A DNA stretch of 64,000 nt from Eledone cirrhosa (Eukaryota). Below the pieces are notes generated by a model. That model saw nothing but the letters and a program-made list of their open reading frames with translations. It searched no databases and was not told the origin of the DNA. Of this stretch, positions 26,431 to 39,220 are shown in pieces (the first letter of the stretch is position 1; each line of letters opens with the position of its first letter). The stretch covers positions 132,184,001 through 132,248,000 of the forward strand of contig OZ024745.1 of NCBI GenBank assembly GCA_964016885.1, in the 5' to 3' direction. The position numbers and the translations under genes were made by a program.

Positions 26431-27142
26431 AGATGGAGTTCCACTGAAACAGGTGGAAAAGTTCAGGCATCTCAGGGTCGTGTTCACGAGAGATGGAAGG
26501 CAGGAGGCGGAATCAAGTGCAAGAATTGCCAGAGCTGGTGCAGTAATGCGCCAGCTACAACATCCAGTAATCAGAGGAAGGGAGGTAGGTGTAAAAGCTA
26601 AACACGCTATCTGCAATTCAGCATTTGTGACAACCCTTACCTAAGGTCATGAATCTTGGGTAATGACCGAAAGAATACAATCGCGAATACAAGTGACTGA
26701 AATGGAGTTCCTCTGAAGGGTCTTTGGAGTAACGTTACTTGATAGAGTGTGTAGCTCAGAGATCAGAGAATCACTCTAGGTAGAACCACTTCTCCGAATT
26801 GAGAGATCACAGCCCTGATACTATGGACATGTTGTTAGAATGTGTGAGGAAAATTTCACTGGATAGATTTTACGGACAAAACCAACTGGCAGGAGACCCT
26901 GAGCAAGAAGGTTGGATAACATCTATGAGCTTGGCTGGTTTCACGTGGGGGTACAGCCGGATCAGTTGGAGATGGTTGCTTCTGACAGGACCCGCTAAAA
27001 AGAGTGTTTGAGGACACTACCCCATGACCCTCTTAGGAGTAAGTGAGTGAAAAAGAAGAAGAAGAAGAAGAAGAAGAAGAAGAAGAAGAAGAAGAAGAAG
27101 AAGAAGAAGAAGAAGAAGAAGAAGAAGAAGAAGAAGAAGAAG
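26431..27142 (+). mobile_element. RTE-clade LINE, 5'-truncated, with (GAA)n tail
   Basis: QVEKFRHL.VVFTRDGRQ..RIARAGAVMRQL..FVTTLT*GHESWVMTER..EMEFL*RVFGVTLLDRV.., typical RTE post-RT motifs with stop codons. Confidence 0.85.
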
Positions 27143-27184
27143 ACAACAGGTCAAGATGTGGGACAAAAGGCTTTGTGGCATATA

Positions 27185-27320
27185 GTTACGTCATTTTACA
27201 TTCTGAGTTTAAATCCTGCCAGGTTAGCTTTGCCTTTCATCCTTATGGGGGCCAACAAAATAAAGTACCAGTAATGCATTGGGGTCAATTTAATCGACTT
27301 TCTCCTGCCCCAAAATTGTC
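27185..27320 (+). mobile_element. Meta-domain-like SINE, partial
   Basis: Family motif match. Confidence 0.75.
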
Positions 27321-27749
27321 AATAGTTGCTATAAAACATGTATTTCAGTTTTGACAAGCATATCTTGTGTGAAACTGTGTAATGATGGAGTAAATCAATG
27401 ATGGATAATATAAACATGTATATATCCCCACAACTGAAGCATTCACCCATGGCTGCCAGACAGGAAGCATTCAAACCTGTCAAGGTAATTCGAATCATAT
27501 ATGGCAATACTGAGCGTGGTAATGCAGTGGGGCTGAGGGTCGAAACACCTTAACAAGTATAACCCGATAAATCAGCAGCACAGCTCTTCCAAAAAAGCTC
27601 GAATGCCACTGAAAAATGTAATTCACCAACAAATAGAAGTAGACAGTGTTGTCTTGGGTTAGGGAAATTCTGAGAAACCGAAATATGGAAAATTTGTGAT
27701 AAGAAAATTTAATGATTTCATGATAAAAAAGATTTTTAAGAACTATGAA

Positions 27750-27935
27750 ATATTGTTTCTGATTTAGGCACAAGGCCAGCAATTTTGTGGGAGGGGAAAG
27801 TGCATTACTGGTACTTTATTTTATCGACCCCCGTAAGGATGAAAGGCAATGCTAACCTCGGCAGGATTTGAACTCTGAACACAAAGGGACATAACTATAT
27901 ATCACAAAGCATATTGTCCCACACTCGTCCATTCC
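27750..27935 (-). mobile_element. Meta-domain-like SINE
   Basis: Family motif match. Confidence 0.75.
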
Positions 27936-29029
27936 ATTAAAAGATAAAATAATAATTATTGTTAAGATGTGAAATACTTTTCCATGTTCTAAATGTGAGT
28001 TTGTGTTGGAAATATGTCTGATATGTTTCATTGGTAGGTACTGCAGCTGGTAGGTACTGGTAGGTACTGTAGCTGATATGTACCACACTGATATATGCTG
28101 AAGACTGAGATAACTGCTGCAATACATTCTATAGGACCACCCAACGATTCTACCAATTAGTTTCCTCACATCGATAGAGAGTAAGAAGATCATTAGTTAT
28201 TGAATAATTTAAGCAGCAACTTGCTAAGGGGCTTGGAGAATTTGAAATTGTATTAGCTAATGCCTGTCATTAGTTTTTTTTATTGCTTTTTAAGCTAAAC
28301 AGGATGAATAAATCGAGTAAATTAGAAAATGATGTTCCTTAATTTTACTCAATTAGTTTAAAGATGATCTAAAAGAGTGATGGAACTAGGCCAGACAATA
28401 TTCTTTTCACACATTAAATGAGTTTCCAATTTTTTTTCCCTTTACTTTTCTATTCTTTTATTTATTTATGTATTTATTTGTTCATTTATTTTTCATCTGC
28501 TACACACCTTCAGCGAATTGTAAATGTCAAGTTTCAAAATTGTTTAGACTATATCACCTCACTATCCACACACAGTCGCAAACTTATTTCTATTTCATAG
28601 TTCTACTAGCTGCGAGGTGTGCTTCTGGATTGAGATAATCAGTAAATTGGAGGATAAACTGTCTTATAGTTCCTTTAGGTGTCTGTATATTTCGACTTCA
28701 ATCCCCTTCAGATCTACTTTGCCTTTTTACCTTCTGAGGTCAATAAAATACCTGTCAAGTACTGGAGTTGACGGAATCGGCAACATCCACCCCCAATGTG
28801 TTGCCCTGTGCCTAATGTAAAGGCAGTGGGTGAGATAGAGAGCTTCAATACGGTAATTCTGTTCAACTATATGCCTTACAATATCTAGTTTCGTACCTCA
28901 AAGTTGGAGGTCTACGTTGCTACTCACTCCTCCACAGATGGATAAAATAACTTATAAAATTACACTCCTTGTCACAGCATGTGGTCGACTTTTGACAACT
29001 ATAGACTGAAATCGAATATATAATCGAAA

Positions 29030-29200
29030 TCTCTCTATTTAAAATTCTTTGTCTGTCTGTCTGTTCTTATGCATTCTCTAACGGCTGGACCAAATCAAAT
29101 CAAATTTTATAAGGTAATAGTATTAGACCCCAAGAGTGTCAACATGTAATTTTTATTTTCATTTGGATTTAAACAATATAAGATTTTAACTAAAATAATA
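29030..29200 (+). mobile_element. Non-autonomous Helitron-like 5' end
   Basis: A|TCTCTCTATTTAAAA, then (GTCT)n, then ACGGCTGGACCAAATCAAATCAAATTTT, the pattern typical of animal non-autonomous Helitron 5' ends. Confidence 0.55.
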
Positions 29201-29711
29201 TTTTTATAGTCAACTATAGTCAATCACCACCATGACGACAACTCACAGTTTGTATATGAGAGTGTATGTGTCTGTGTGAGTATGTGTATGTGTGTTTGTG
29301 AGTGTGTGTGTTTGCGCGTTCGTTATGTATGTTAGGCCTCAGAGAATTAAACACACACACATCTACACATACATACACATAATGTGTGTGAGTGTAGACG
29401 TCACATTTTGTATGTGTATGTGTCTACCAGGTGAGCACTCGATGCAGAGATTCACGTCTGTAACGAGGTGTAGAGCTAAACAGAGTGTAAATATAATAAT
29501 AAAAGGACGATTTGCTGTGTATTCATTACATTTATTGAGTGGTGACGCGCGTTTTGGTATTGATCAGCTCAAGGTTCGATCTCTATCGATCTGGCCCGAA
29601 TCAAAAGCTCGTCGGACCTCTGCTGTGGTAATGACAGAATGAACATAAATATCTCTGTTGGTATAATGTTTATGGGAGAAACGAATAGATTGATAGGCAG
29701 ATGGACATGTC

Positions 29712-29773
<62 letters not shown>

Positions 29774-29842
29774 ATGAAGTGTGTCCACTCGGCTTCAAGT
29801 CACTGTAAAGAAAGGGGAGAACAAAGGCTCTCTAAGCGGAAG

Positions 29843-30060
29843 TGACGTGTATGAGTGGCGGCTAGGCGAAAGGAGAAAGAAAAAAGGAGCAGTAAGAGGG
29901 AGGGAAAAGGGGGAGAGGGAGAGAAAGAATGAAAGAAAGGAAGAGGGAAGAAAAAGCCAACAAATCTCTGGCATCCCTCCGAAATAGAAAGCTCTTCCCT
30001 TCCACTTACTGCTTCTTTTCTTTCTTTCTCCCTTCACCTAGCCGCCGCTCTTACACGTCA
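29843..30060. repeat. 218-bp foldback with ~68-bp imperfect inverted arms
   Basis: TGACGTGTATGAGTGGCGGCTAGGCGAAAGGAGAAAG.. pairs with ..CTTTCTCCCTTCACCTAGCCGCCGCTCTTACACGTCA. Confidence 0.8.
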
Positions 30061-30099
30061 TTAATCTTCCTCTTTTATTATCAGATTAAACCTGGACTT

Positions 30100-31244
30100 T
30101 GTTTGAATTTCTTAAAGAATTTGAAAATGTCATTCAATATAGAAATTCTATTCAAAATTCATTGCGCAGGGAAGTCAGATTCGGATATTGCAAAGTTAAT
30201 TTCGGTTGCTAGATCTACTGTTTGGAAAGCTGCGAAGCTTTTTAAAGAAGAAGGAGATTTATCGGATAGACCCAGGAGTGGAAGACTGCAAACTAAAAAG
30301 ACTCCTACTTTCTTTACAGCCTTTAAAGAATGGATAAGTAGAAAGCCGAAAAAGTCCATGAGAAAAATGGTAAAATCGGGCCGAGTAAGCCCTAGGACAA
30401 TGAGAAGGATCATCAATGATGACTTGGAAATTTCTTCCTCCCCCTTTCAGAAGAGATAATCCTTTTCTGAAAAGATAATAAAAAAATAGAGGGAAGCCAG
30501 AATTTGCTTAAAGAAATGAAACATGGCATGGCGGGGGAAATTGTCTGGTCAGATGAAAAGATTTTTACTGTTGAGCAGACATACAACCGAAGAAATGATC
30601 GAGTAATTGGGAAAATTCCATCAGCAATCAGTGATGACCCCAATTCTGTATTCCATACAATAAAACCAGCTTCTATTATGGTCTGGGAGGTTGTTTTATC
30701 TTCTTGGAAGTCTTCTCTGATTTTATGGAAGAAAGGAAAAAAAAAACAGCTCCCAATCTTATATAAACGGTATTCTGGAGCCTATGCTTGCTTTTGCAAC
30801 TAATCATTTTGGTAATGATTGTCTGTGAACCTTCAAACACGATTGAGCCACCTCCCATACAGCAAATGCCACACCATCTTCCAAGGTTCTGTTCAAAAGA
30901 AATGTGGTCTCCTTGTTCGCCTGATTTGAAGCCTATGGACTTTTCAGTCTGGTCTATCCTTGAAGAAAAAGCCTGTTAAATAGTCCATAAGACAGTCGAT
31001 GATTTAAAAGCATCTTTACTGAGCGCTTGGAAAGAAATTCCCTAAGAAATATTGTGTACTTCAGTGAAAGATGTTCGATGGAGTTTAGAGGCTGTTATTG
31101 CTGCATGAGGGGTCATTTTGAATAACCTCTATACATTATATTCTAGAGATATTTATGTATAATTACATATATGTTGGTGGTCAATAAAGTTAGCAGTTTT
31201 GTTATTAAGATCATTTTTATTTGCTTCCAAACTTACGCTTCACC

Positions 31245-31247
<3 letters not shown>
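30100..31247 (+). mobile_element. Tc1/mariner-superfamily transposon with pseudogenised transposase and 3' TIR
   Basis: HTH region IAKLISVARSTVWK..DRPRSGR, SMRKM..VSPRTMRRI, catalytic WSDEKIFTVE, MVW, WSPCSPDLKPMDFSVWSILEEKAC, with frameshifts; ends CTTCACCCTG|TA into (TA)n. The 5' TIR was not found. Confidence 0.9.
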
Positions 31248-31280
<33 letters not shown>

Positions 31281-31285
<5 letters not shown>

Positions 31286-31870
31286 TAAAGTTAGTCCTTC
31301 ATCAGTGATCTTCCAGCCTTCATTGGTATTTCATCGCTTTAAACGCTTTAAAGACCATATACCTCCGGTTGGTGCGAGCAACGGCTAAAGAAAGTCGTTG
31401 GGACACGTAAATAGGGGGAACGAGCGAGACAGTAAACAAACAAAGATGGTAATGCAACGAAAAGTGAGGCATAAAGAGTCATGTCCCAGGTTTCTATGAA
31501 TATAAGTTCGGTGAAATCGTGAACGAGAGAGAATAAAGACCATCAAACCTAGTCGAAATGTGAGCAAGGAAGGAATTCCGCACAGGTCAAACGGGAGGTA
31601 GAAGGAGTCTAGTCCCTGAATTCGGTGAACATAAGTTCTGTGAAATCGTAGACAAGAGAGAAAAAAGGAACAACCAGCCTGGTCAAGCGTGCGCGAGAAA
31701 ATAATTACGCACAGGTCAAACGGGAGGAAGTAGGAGAGGTAGTAGCAGAGAGTGAGTGAGTGAAGGGTGAGGAAGAGGCGAACAGAGAGAGTGACTGTTA
31801 GAGAGGGTAGAGGGAGGTGAAAGATACAGAGAAAGAGGAAGCAGTAAGAACGAAATAGACGGGTCACATA
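31281..31870 (-). mobile_element. Probable Penelope-like 3' UTR/pseudo-LTR fragment between (TA)n tracts
   Basis: Contains a diverged ~130-bp tandem duplication (31484-31740) and a CTGATGA motif just before the (TA)n end, the same layout as the 3' UTR at 54730-55749. Confidence 0.45.
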
Positions 31871-32203
31871 TATATATATACAAATATAAATTAGTGAGAA
31901 TCGTATTTCGGCTCAGGAATTAACGAAAAACAACCTCCGAGATGTGTGGCAAGCGCTCAATGATTCACATGAACCAGAGCTACAACATACGTTAAAGGCC
32001 AAACACACTGAGACGATGGTTAAACAATCATCCGCACAGCCATAAAAACGACCAAGTATTTCGGGTCAAACAAATATATATATATTTCGTTGACAAATAT
32101 ATCAAGACATGTAGATATATTGCCCTTGGTATGACAGTGTGGTTTTAGCTCAATATAGGATAACTAGTATACTACAGAGCCGTTATAGTTATAGGAATAA
32201 CCA

Positions 32204-32269
<66 letters not shown>

Positions 32270-32853
32270 TATATATATTAATAATTGTTTCTACTTTTGG
32301 CACAAGGCCAGCAATTATCTAGTGCATTACTGGTACTCAATTTTTTCGACCCCGTAAGGATGAAAGGCAAACGGCCGCATAACACCATGTGTATTATTAT
32401 AGATGACTAACATTATCCCTTTGTTCCTGTGGTAGCTGCAAATGAACCAAATATTAATAATATTTTAACAATAGACATTACGAAGAGCGCGATGGCAATA
32501 GATTTGTTAAATGATATTTCGAAATATCGTCCAAGAAATCTCTTGCAATAGCATCGCCTTCTTAGTATTGTCTCTTTACCTTTGTGAAGAGTTACGTCAA
32601 TCCTTTTAAAATATTTTAATAATATTATTAATATTCACGGAGGAATATATTCAGATATCCACCATGTTAGAACCGTTGTATACATTGTAGAATATTATCT
32701 TACGTTTAATTGGACCTGCGGAGAAAGAGCAGCAGCAACAAGAACGATAAGATAAATTACATCATCATTGTCATCATCATCATCATCACCAACAGTGTCT
32801 GTAACAAGAATAACAACTATAGCAATGACAAATACATTGATAATAATAATAAT

Positions 32854-33043
32854 AATTGTTTCTACTTTTGGCACAAGGCCAGCAATTATCCAGTGTATTA
32901 CTGGTACTTTATTTTATCGACCTCGTAAGGATGAAAGGCAAAGTTAACCTCGGCGGGATTTGAACTCAGAATGGCAAGGGGCGCAATTCTATGCGTCAAA
33001 GCTTGACGTCCGACCCTCTGCCGATACTGCCAATCCACCGCCC
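32854..33043 (-). mobile_element. Meta-domain-like SINE; partial copies also at 32283-32371 and 33214-33321
   Basis: Family motif match. Confidence 0.85.
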
Positions 33044-33456
33044 TTTTTTGATAATAATAATAGTAATATCAACAATTAATAATAATAATAATTCTAGTAA
33101 CAGCAATATGAACAACATAAAGATGATTGATGAGCCAAAATAAGTGCTGCAGCAACAGCAATAATAGTAGCAGAGCTGCAATAACTACAGTAATAGTAAC
33201 AATATCAGCAGAAATAATTGTTTCTACTTTTGGTACAAGGCCAGCAAATATCCAGTGTATTACTGGTATTTTATTTTATCGAATCGACCCTGTAAGCATG
33301 AAAGGCAAAGTTAACCTCGGCTGGGTCCGTTATTATGTGTTTGTTGTGTTTTACCGTGAATATATTTGTTGTATATATTGGTTTACAACTGTTGGCACGG
33401 TATGGAAGACTGGAGTGGAAAAGAACCAAGACATCTACTTTCCTATAGATACACGT

Positions 33457-33595
33457 GGAGGCACGTGGCCTAGTGGTAAGGTTGTTGGACTTACGATCAT
33501 AATGTCGTGGGTTCGATTCCTGGGCTGGGTTGTGTGTTGTGTTCTTGAGCAAGACACTTCATTTCACGGTGCTCCAGTATACTCAGCTGAAATAT
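33457..33595 (+). mobile_element. tRNA-derived CORE-type SINE, 3'-truncated
   Basis: TGGCCTAGTGG box A, GGTTCGATTCC box B, TTGAGCAAGACACTTCATTTCAC. Confidence 0.8.
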
Positions 33596-34324
33596 AGCGT
33601 TGGAATTCCTACACAATTGTATAGTTAAAGTAACCCCTAGGCCGAATGAGCATCACATTGTACTTGCGAAGGTTAAATGTCATCTTATTACCCTCTATTC
33701 TATTCTACTTACTAGATTTTGTTTAACAGAACTGTTGGTAGGGGTCCAAACTGCCAAAGCCCACTTCAACGGCCGATCACCCTGGAGTTTTATGTCTTTT
33801 GTATAAAAAATAATTTTTTAAGGTTTCCCCTTAAAAAGTTGATTTTTGTTTTTGCCTTGTTTCGTTGTCTTGTCCTCTCATTGTTGATTTTTCTAACTAT
33901 ATTATATAGCTTTTGAGAAACACAGAATTCAAAATGGAAATACGTACTTCAAAATAGTAAAAGTTCTTATTTCCTAGAACGTTTTCCATTTTAAAGTACG
34001 TATTTTTCATAAATATTAATATTATGTGCTTTGTGTGTGTACAAAATACTCTGTTTCTCAAAAGATATATGGCTCTTTCTCTCTCTACATAAATACATAT
34101 ATCTCTAAATTTGAAATATATATACACACACACACATATATATATATATACACATGTATATATATATATATATACATACGCTCACATATTACCTATTTAT
34201 GTACACGGAACAAAAAGCGTTACGTAAGGTTTCAAGGCCCAGTTATGGCCATCCCCACAAAGTAAATTAACTATACATACACACTGTATTACGTATATAC
34301 AAAAGTATTGGGTGCGTACATATA

Positions 34325-34538
34325 GGAGAGGGTGTTGAAAAGTTCCTAACTTCGTGTAAAAGAAAATAGAGGAGGATCAGTTAATTATGAGTTTATTCAA
34401 CATATTCCCCTCTTAGATTCACACAGTTATTGCAGTTATTGCAGTTTTTCTAAACCCTGTAAAAAGAACCCGGAAGGATGGGCCTGCGACCACGCCTCTA
34501 TAGCAGCAATCAAGCCAAAAACTTTAGAGCACCCCTCG
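34325..34538. mobile_element. Mariner-type MITE
   Basis: TA TSD; termini GGAGAGGGTGTTGAAAAGTTCC / AACTTTAGAGCACCCCTCG; homologous to 44897-45110. Confidence 0.8.
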
Positions 34539-34619
34539 TATATATGTATGTTGTTGTATCGCCCGTCGATTCCGACGATGGGCTTTCTTGCTGAGATGTG
34601 CAAATTTACTGGATGGTCT

Positions 34620-35145
34620 CATGTAGTAGTGGTAACAGCGGCACTCCGTCGGTTGATTCGATCAACGGAACAGCCTGCTCGTGATATTAACGTGCAAGTG
34701 GCTGAGCGTTCCACAAACACGCATACCCATGACGTAGTTTTCAGGGAGATTCAGCGTGACACAGAATGCGACAAGGCTGGTCTTCGAATTACAGGTACAA
34801 CTCATTTTTGCCTGCTGAGTGGACTGGAGCAACGAGAAATAAAGTGTCTTGCTTAAGGACACAACGCACTACTGGTAATCGAACTCCCGACCTTATGATC
34901 GTGAGCTGAAGATCCTAACTTCAAAGCAACGCGCCTTCACATGGTTTTATGTAAGGTTCAGACTAACGAAGTTTCACAGAGATTTAGTATCCGTGTATGA
35001 CCTTAGAATTACGAGTACAGTAATTTGAGTGGCTGGAGCAATGCAAATAAAGTATCTTGCTCAAAGACAAAATACGCCGCTGGGATTTAAATATAGCCTT
35101 GTAATCGTGAGTGGAACAATATCCAGTAAGCCACGTGCCTTTTCA
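34620..35145 (-). mobile_element. Two CORE-type SINEs (34620-34942, 35022-35145)
   Basis: CTGGAGCAACGAGAAATAAAGTGTCTTGCT.AAGGACACAAC and box B motifs on the minus strand. Confidence 0.75.
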
Positions 35146-35396
35146 TATATATAGCTCCCGCACAAACATGCACTTGCACGTGCAACATACACACACTTGC
35201 ATGTACAAGACATACACACAGATACGTGACACAGATATTATTGATCGAACCTGACTCTGTAATCGAAAGATCATCAGATATGTTTCCTATGTGATCTCGT
35301 CTCCGATTCTATGCGTGATCGATAGTGGAACATATGTAATATGTTATTAAATATGTTATGATGCAACACTGAATACTTGTTACATTATTTTTATAG

Positions 35397-35467
<71 letters not shown>

Positions 35468-35471
35468 CAAA

Positions 35472-35515
<44 letters not shown>

Positions 35516-35699
35516 TTTGACACGCACACACACACACACACAAATATGCATATTTTCATATATATCTATACATATGTTTTTAATCTTATCTTTATTTACC
35601 ACTCTAAGTATCATATGAAAAAGACAATTCGATAATGATAATCCGCCTCTGTATTTGTTAGGTCTGTTCAAACTCATTAATATTAACAAAACTCTTACG

Positions 35700-36850
35700 T
35701 AAATTGTTAATATCAGTACTAAAAGGAATTCTTACCCAAATGCATATTTTTTAATGCAATGTAATTATCAACTTTTGTTATCTATTTTGCTAGGTTTTTC
35801 GCAAGATTCTGTACGTCCTTAAAATTATTACCATTATCGTCTTTCAATAAATGGAATGCAATTTTTCTAAACTTCACTTTTTCCCCATAATATGCGCTTT
35901 TTAAAACGTATTTATTGTCGCCATTAAACCAATAATTGTTTGATTACGACTATGTAAAAAGATCCTTAAATGATTTCGCTCAGAAAGAATATCAGAGATA
36001 ACCTAATTAGAGCACCCACTTGGAATTTGAAAATCCTGAAGCTAAACGATAATTCTTTTCAGATAAAACTTTTCTCATATTTCTTTATCGTGGCATAATA
36101 TGTTGCCGAACCTTTCCACAAGACAAGCGTCTAATCTCCAAGCAATATAGTAAATATTCTCATCCGATTGGATAACAAAAACCCCGTTTGATTTGATAAA
36201 ATTCATAAAATTCATTATAAAACCCAATTATTATATAATTTATGAAGTAAGATTTTCTCAATGTAAAAGACAATGGAACACTTCAATGTTATGACTTCCA
36301 TTACTATTCCACAAAAGCCCTTGACGAACTCCTACCATTGTTGGTTCGCTGTCTCAGTATACGCAGCTGCATTAATCATCACATAATACCTCTAAAAAAC
36401 AAAAGAAAACTAACATTGCAGACATTCCCAGTTGTTGAAGTAGGAAATGGTTTATGTAATAAAATACCTTACTTTTCTATGCTTTCTGATCGTCCAGATA
36501 TCGTGCATAAACCATGATGTGGGTATCTTCACAACTACCTGAATATTAAAAACTTTTCTTGTTTTGCCGTGAAAATCAGGTGTTCTTCAAGAACACTTGA
36601 AATATCACCACTACGAAATGTACAATATCATTTGTACTGCAACTTCCTATTAACAGTATGTCTATAATGATTTCATTTATTGGCCACAAGGGCCGATGTC
36701 TACATTTAATAATAAAAATATGAACGATTGCTCGTTTTACAAGGTTTTCTCCAGTAATTTTGGGCTTTTTACCGATAAGCACATCAACGTTGTATATATT
36801 GTTTGAAGCATCTAGTCAACAACTTGTTTTTCTTTTTCAATTTCAAAGGG
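35700..36850 (-). pseudogene. Fossil hAT (Charlie/ZBED5-like) transposase
   Basis: Minus-strand fragments occur in the expected order: LIGKKPKITGENLVKRA, EPTMVG, FHCLLH*E, EIRRLSCGKV (cf. EVRWLSRGKV), LGYL/SDIF. Confidence 0.7.
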
Positions 36851-36855
36851 AAACA

Positions 36856-37252
36856 TTCTTCTTCTTCACTTATTTCTGAGGGGGTCGGGGGAGCAGAGGC
36901 CCCAAACTCTCATTCCAGCGGGTCCTGTCAGAAGCACCTGTCTCCAATGGATTCGACTGGATCTCTAAGGGAGATCAGCCAAGCTCATGGATGATATCCA
37001 ACCATCTTGCTACCCCTGTATCTCCTGCCAGTTGGTTTTGCCCATAGAATCTGTCTAGCAATTCTTTCCTGAGATATTTTTACCAAATGCCCATACTATC
37101 GGAGCTGTGATCTCTCAATTCGGAGAAGTAGCGGCTCTACCTGGAGAGACTCTTTGATCTCTGAGCTACGCATTATATCGAGGAACGTTACTTCAAAGAC
37201 CCTTCGGAGGAACCCTATTTCGGCTACTTGCATTCGTGATCGTATTCTTTTC
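36856..37252 (-). mobile_element. RTE LINE 3' end with (GAA)n tail
   Basis: Reverse complement of 26670-27060. Confidence 0.85.
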
Positions 37253-39220
37253 TTCGCTGAAACACAAATCTAAAATGAAACGAAACACATTTTATAGGAA
37301 AAAAATGTTTCTAAACAAGAGGTATATTCTTATTTAGAAACGTTCTTTATTTGTCAGGAATGTGAGACAGCCTAGCCAGATCCCTTCGCCTTGAATTCAG
37401 TTTTAAATTTAAAATAATACACGAGGCTGCTGTAGAATTATGACATTAAATGTGCTAGATAGACCACATCTTTTGAAAATTACAACAAAAATATCAGAGA
37501 AGGCAAAACATATATATTTATCTGGAGTCGTAGAAAAAAAAATCTTTCGCATTTTCACTTTTTTCTCAATAAAAGCTATTTTTCCTACTTTCGTAACATT
37601 TTCCCATTAAATATATAAATTTAAAGAATGGAATCTTTTATGCATGTAACGTATAAACAATGATAATATAGTTTGAATATTAAAATGCTGCCCACCGGAA
37701 ATAGGAATGTCAACTTAACCTTTTCAAAGGTATTATAGCTTTTCGCAGTTGGCTGCATTTTTAACTGTAATTTCCTGTTCATTATGTTTGGAACAATCAA
37801 ATAATAAACACATTTTAATAGACCAGAATGAAAATAGACATATACAGAAGTAACACTACTCTAAAAAATTGTATTTTCAAACAAATATACAACGAATACC
37901 GGAAGAATGTTAACCTCTCAAAGATGGGATACAAACTGAAGGTTAAAAAAACATTCATGTAGTGCAGTGCTGAGGCAACACGTATAACCGCAGACCATAC
38001 ATCTAACCGCAGAGCATACATTCATTGTGTCATGTAAGAAGAGGTATGATGTGGGTCATTTCCTGCTGCTTTATGTTCATATGTATCGTTGAGATGGTTG
38101 ATTCGTACAGTAACGAAGTGTTGGACTCCATCATAGATATTCTATTTTTCCTTGTGCCAGCTAATCACCAACGATTTCCAATTATACATATTAATGTTAC
38201 ACATTATCCAATCTCTTTTAAATGCCTTTTCGAACCAACTCCTTTTACATCTTCCTGTATATTTTCCTTTCTGCAATTGCAAGTAAAATAGTTGCTTATG
38301 CAAACGTTATGCCTGCCATTCGTTACATCATCAAAGCTGATAAATATGGTTTCACTACAAGATATATTGGCTTCCTCGAGCAAGCTGTTATCCCAACTAG
38401 CTCTGTCGCTAGATATGCAGGATTCCCTCCAAAAAACTCCGGTGGTAACAAGCCAATATAAAAGAAATGCGTTTTCCTCCCAGTTTGTTTCGTTGTATTT
38501 TACTATATTCTCTCACAGATACTGCAAAATTCTCCTGATTTGACGAAAATAATTGATTAGCCATATATGGGCAGGCAGTCAAAACAAAAAAAAGCAGAAA
38601 TGTCAAATCAAACAATCCTAAAAATTTGTTATTTTTCTTGTCCGTCACGAGGAGTGGTCAATGATTTGGGGATGTCATGTACATGGTTTAATTGCTGAAC
38701 TGGCCTGTAGAACAGGGTGGTGGGGTGGTGGTGGTAAATGACTGTCTGACCTGTGGGTGCCAAGCCGGTTAGGCGTTCAGAGAGAAATCTTTACAACTAA
38801 CTTTAATAGAGATGAGAAAATAATTTCAGCATGTAAGAATCAAGGAAGGTTGTTAGAGTAAGTAAATATGCCAGGTCTAACACTTAGCTAGAGCAAAGCA
38901 TATAGATATTAATACTAATTAAATTCCTAGTAAATAAAATTTAGTTATCAGTTGCTCTAATGCATGGGAAGGGCACTTCAATACAGTAATTTACTAGTAT
39001 TTTTTTTTATAATGTTACACCTACCTCCAAAAAAACATGGCTATGTATTCGGCCGGTTCTATGTAAATTAAACAAGAGTGTAAATATTCCGAGTTAACCT
39101 TAGGAAGATTAGGAACTGATTATAATAGTGTAGATATGCAAAGATCCACCTAAGTGTAATTAGAGTGTGTAATAATGAAGAAAAAATTCTATTTCTACCT
39201 AAGTATGCTAGGGGTTTCCT

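Noticed and set aside
27043-27354. Poly-E and poly-K ORFs, also at 21731
   Set aside because: They are the (GAA)n tails of RTE LINEs.
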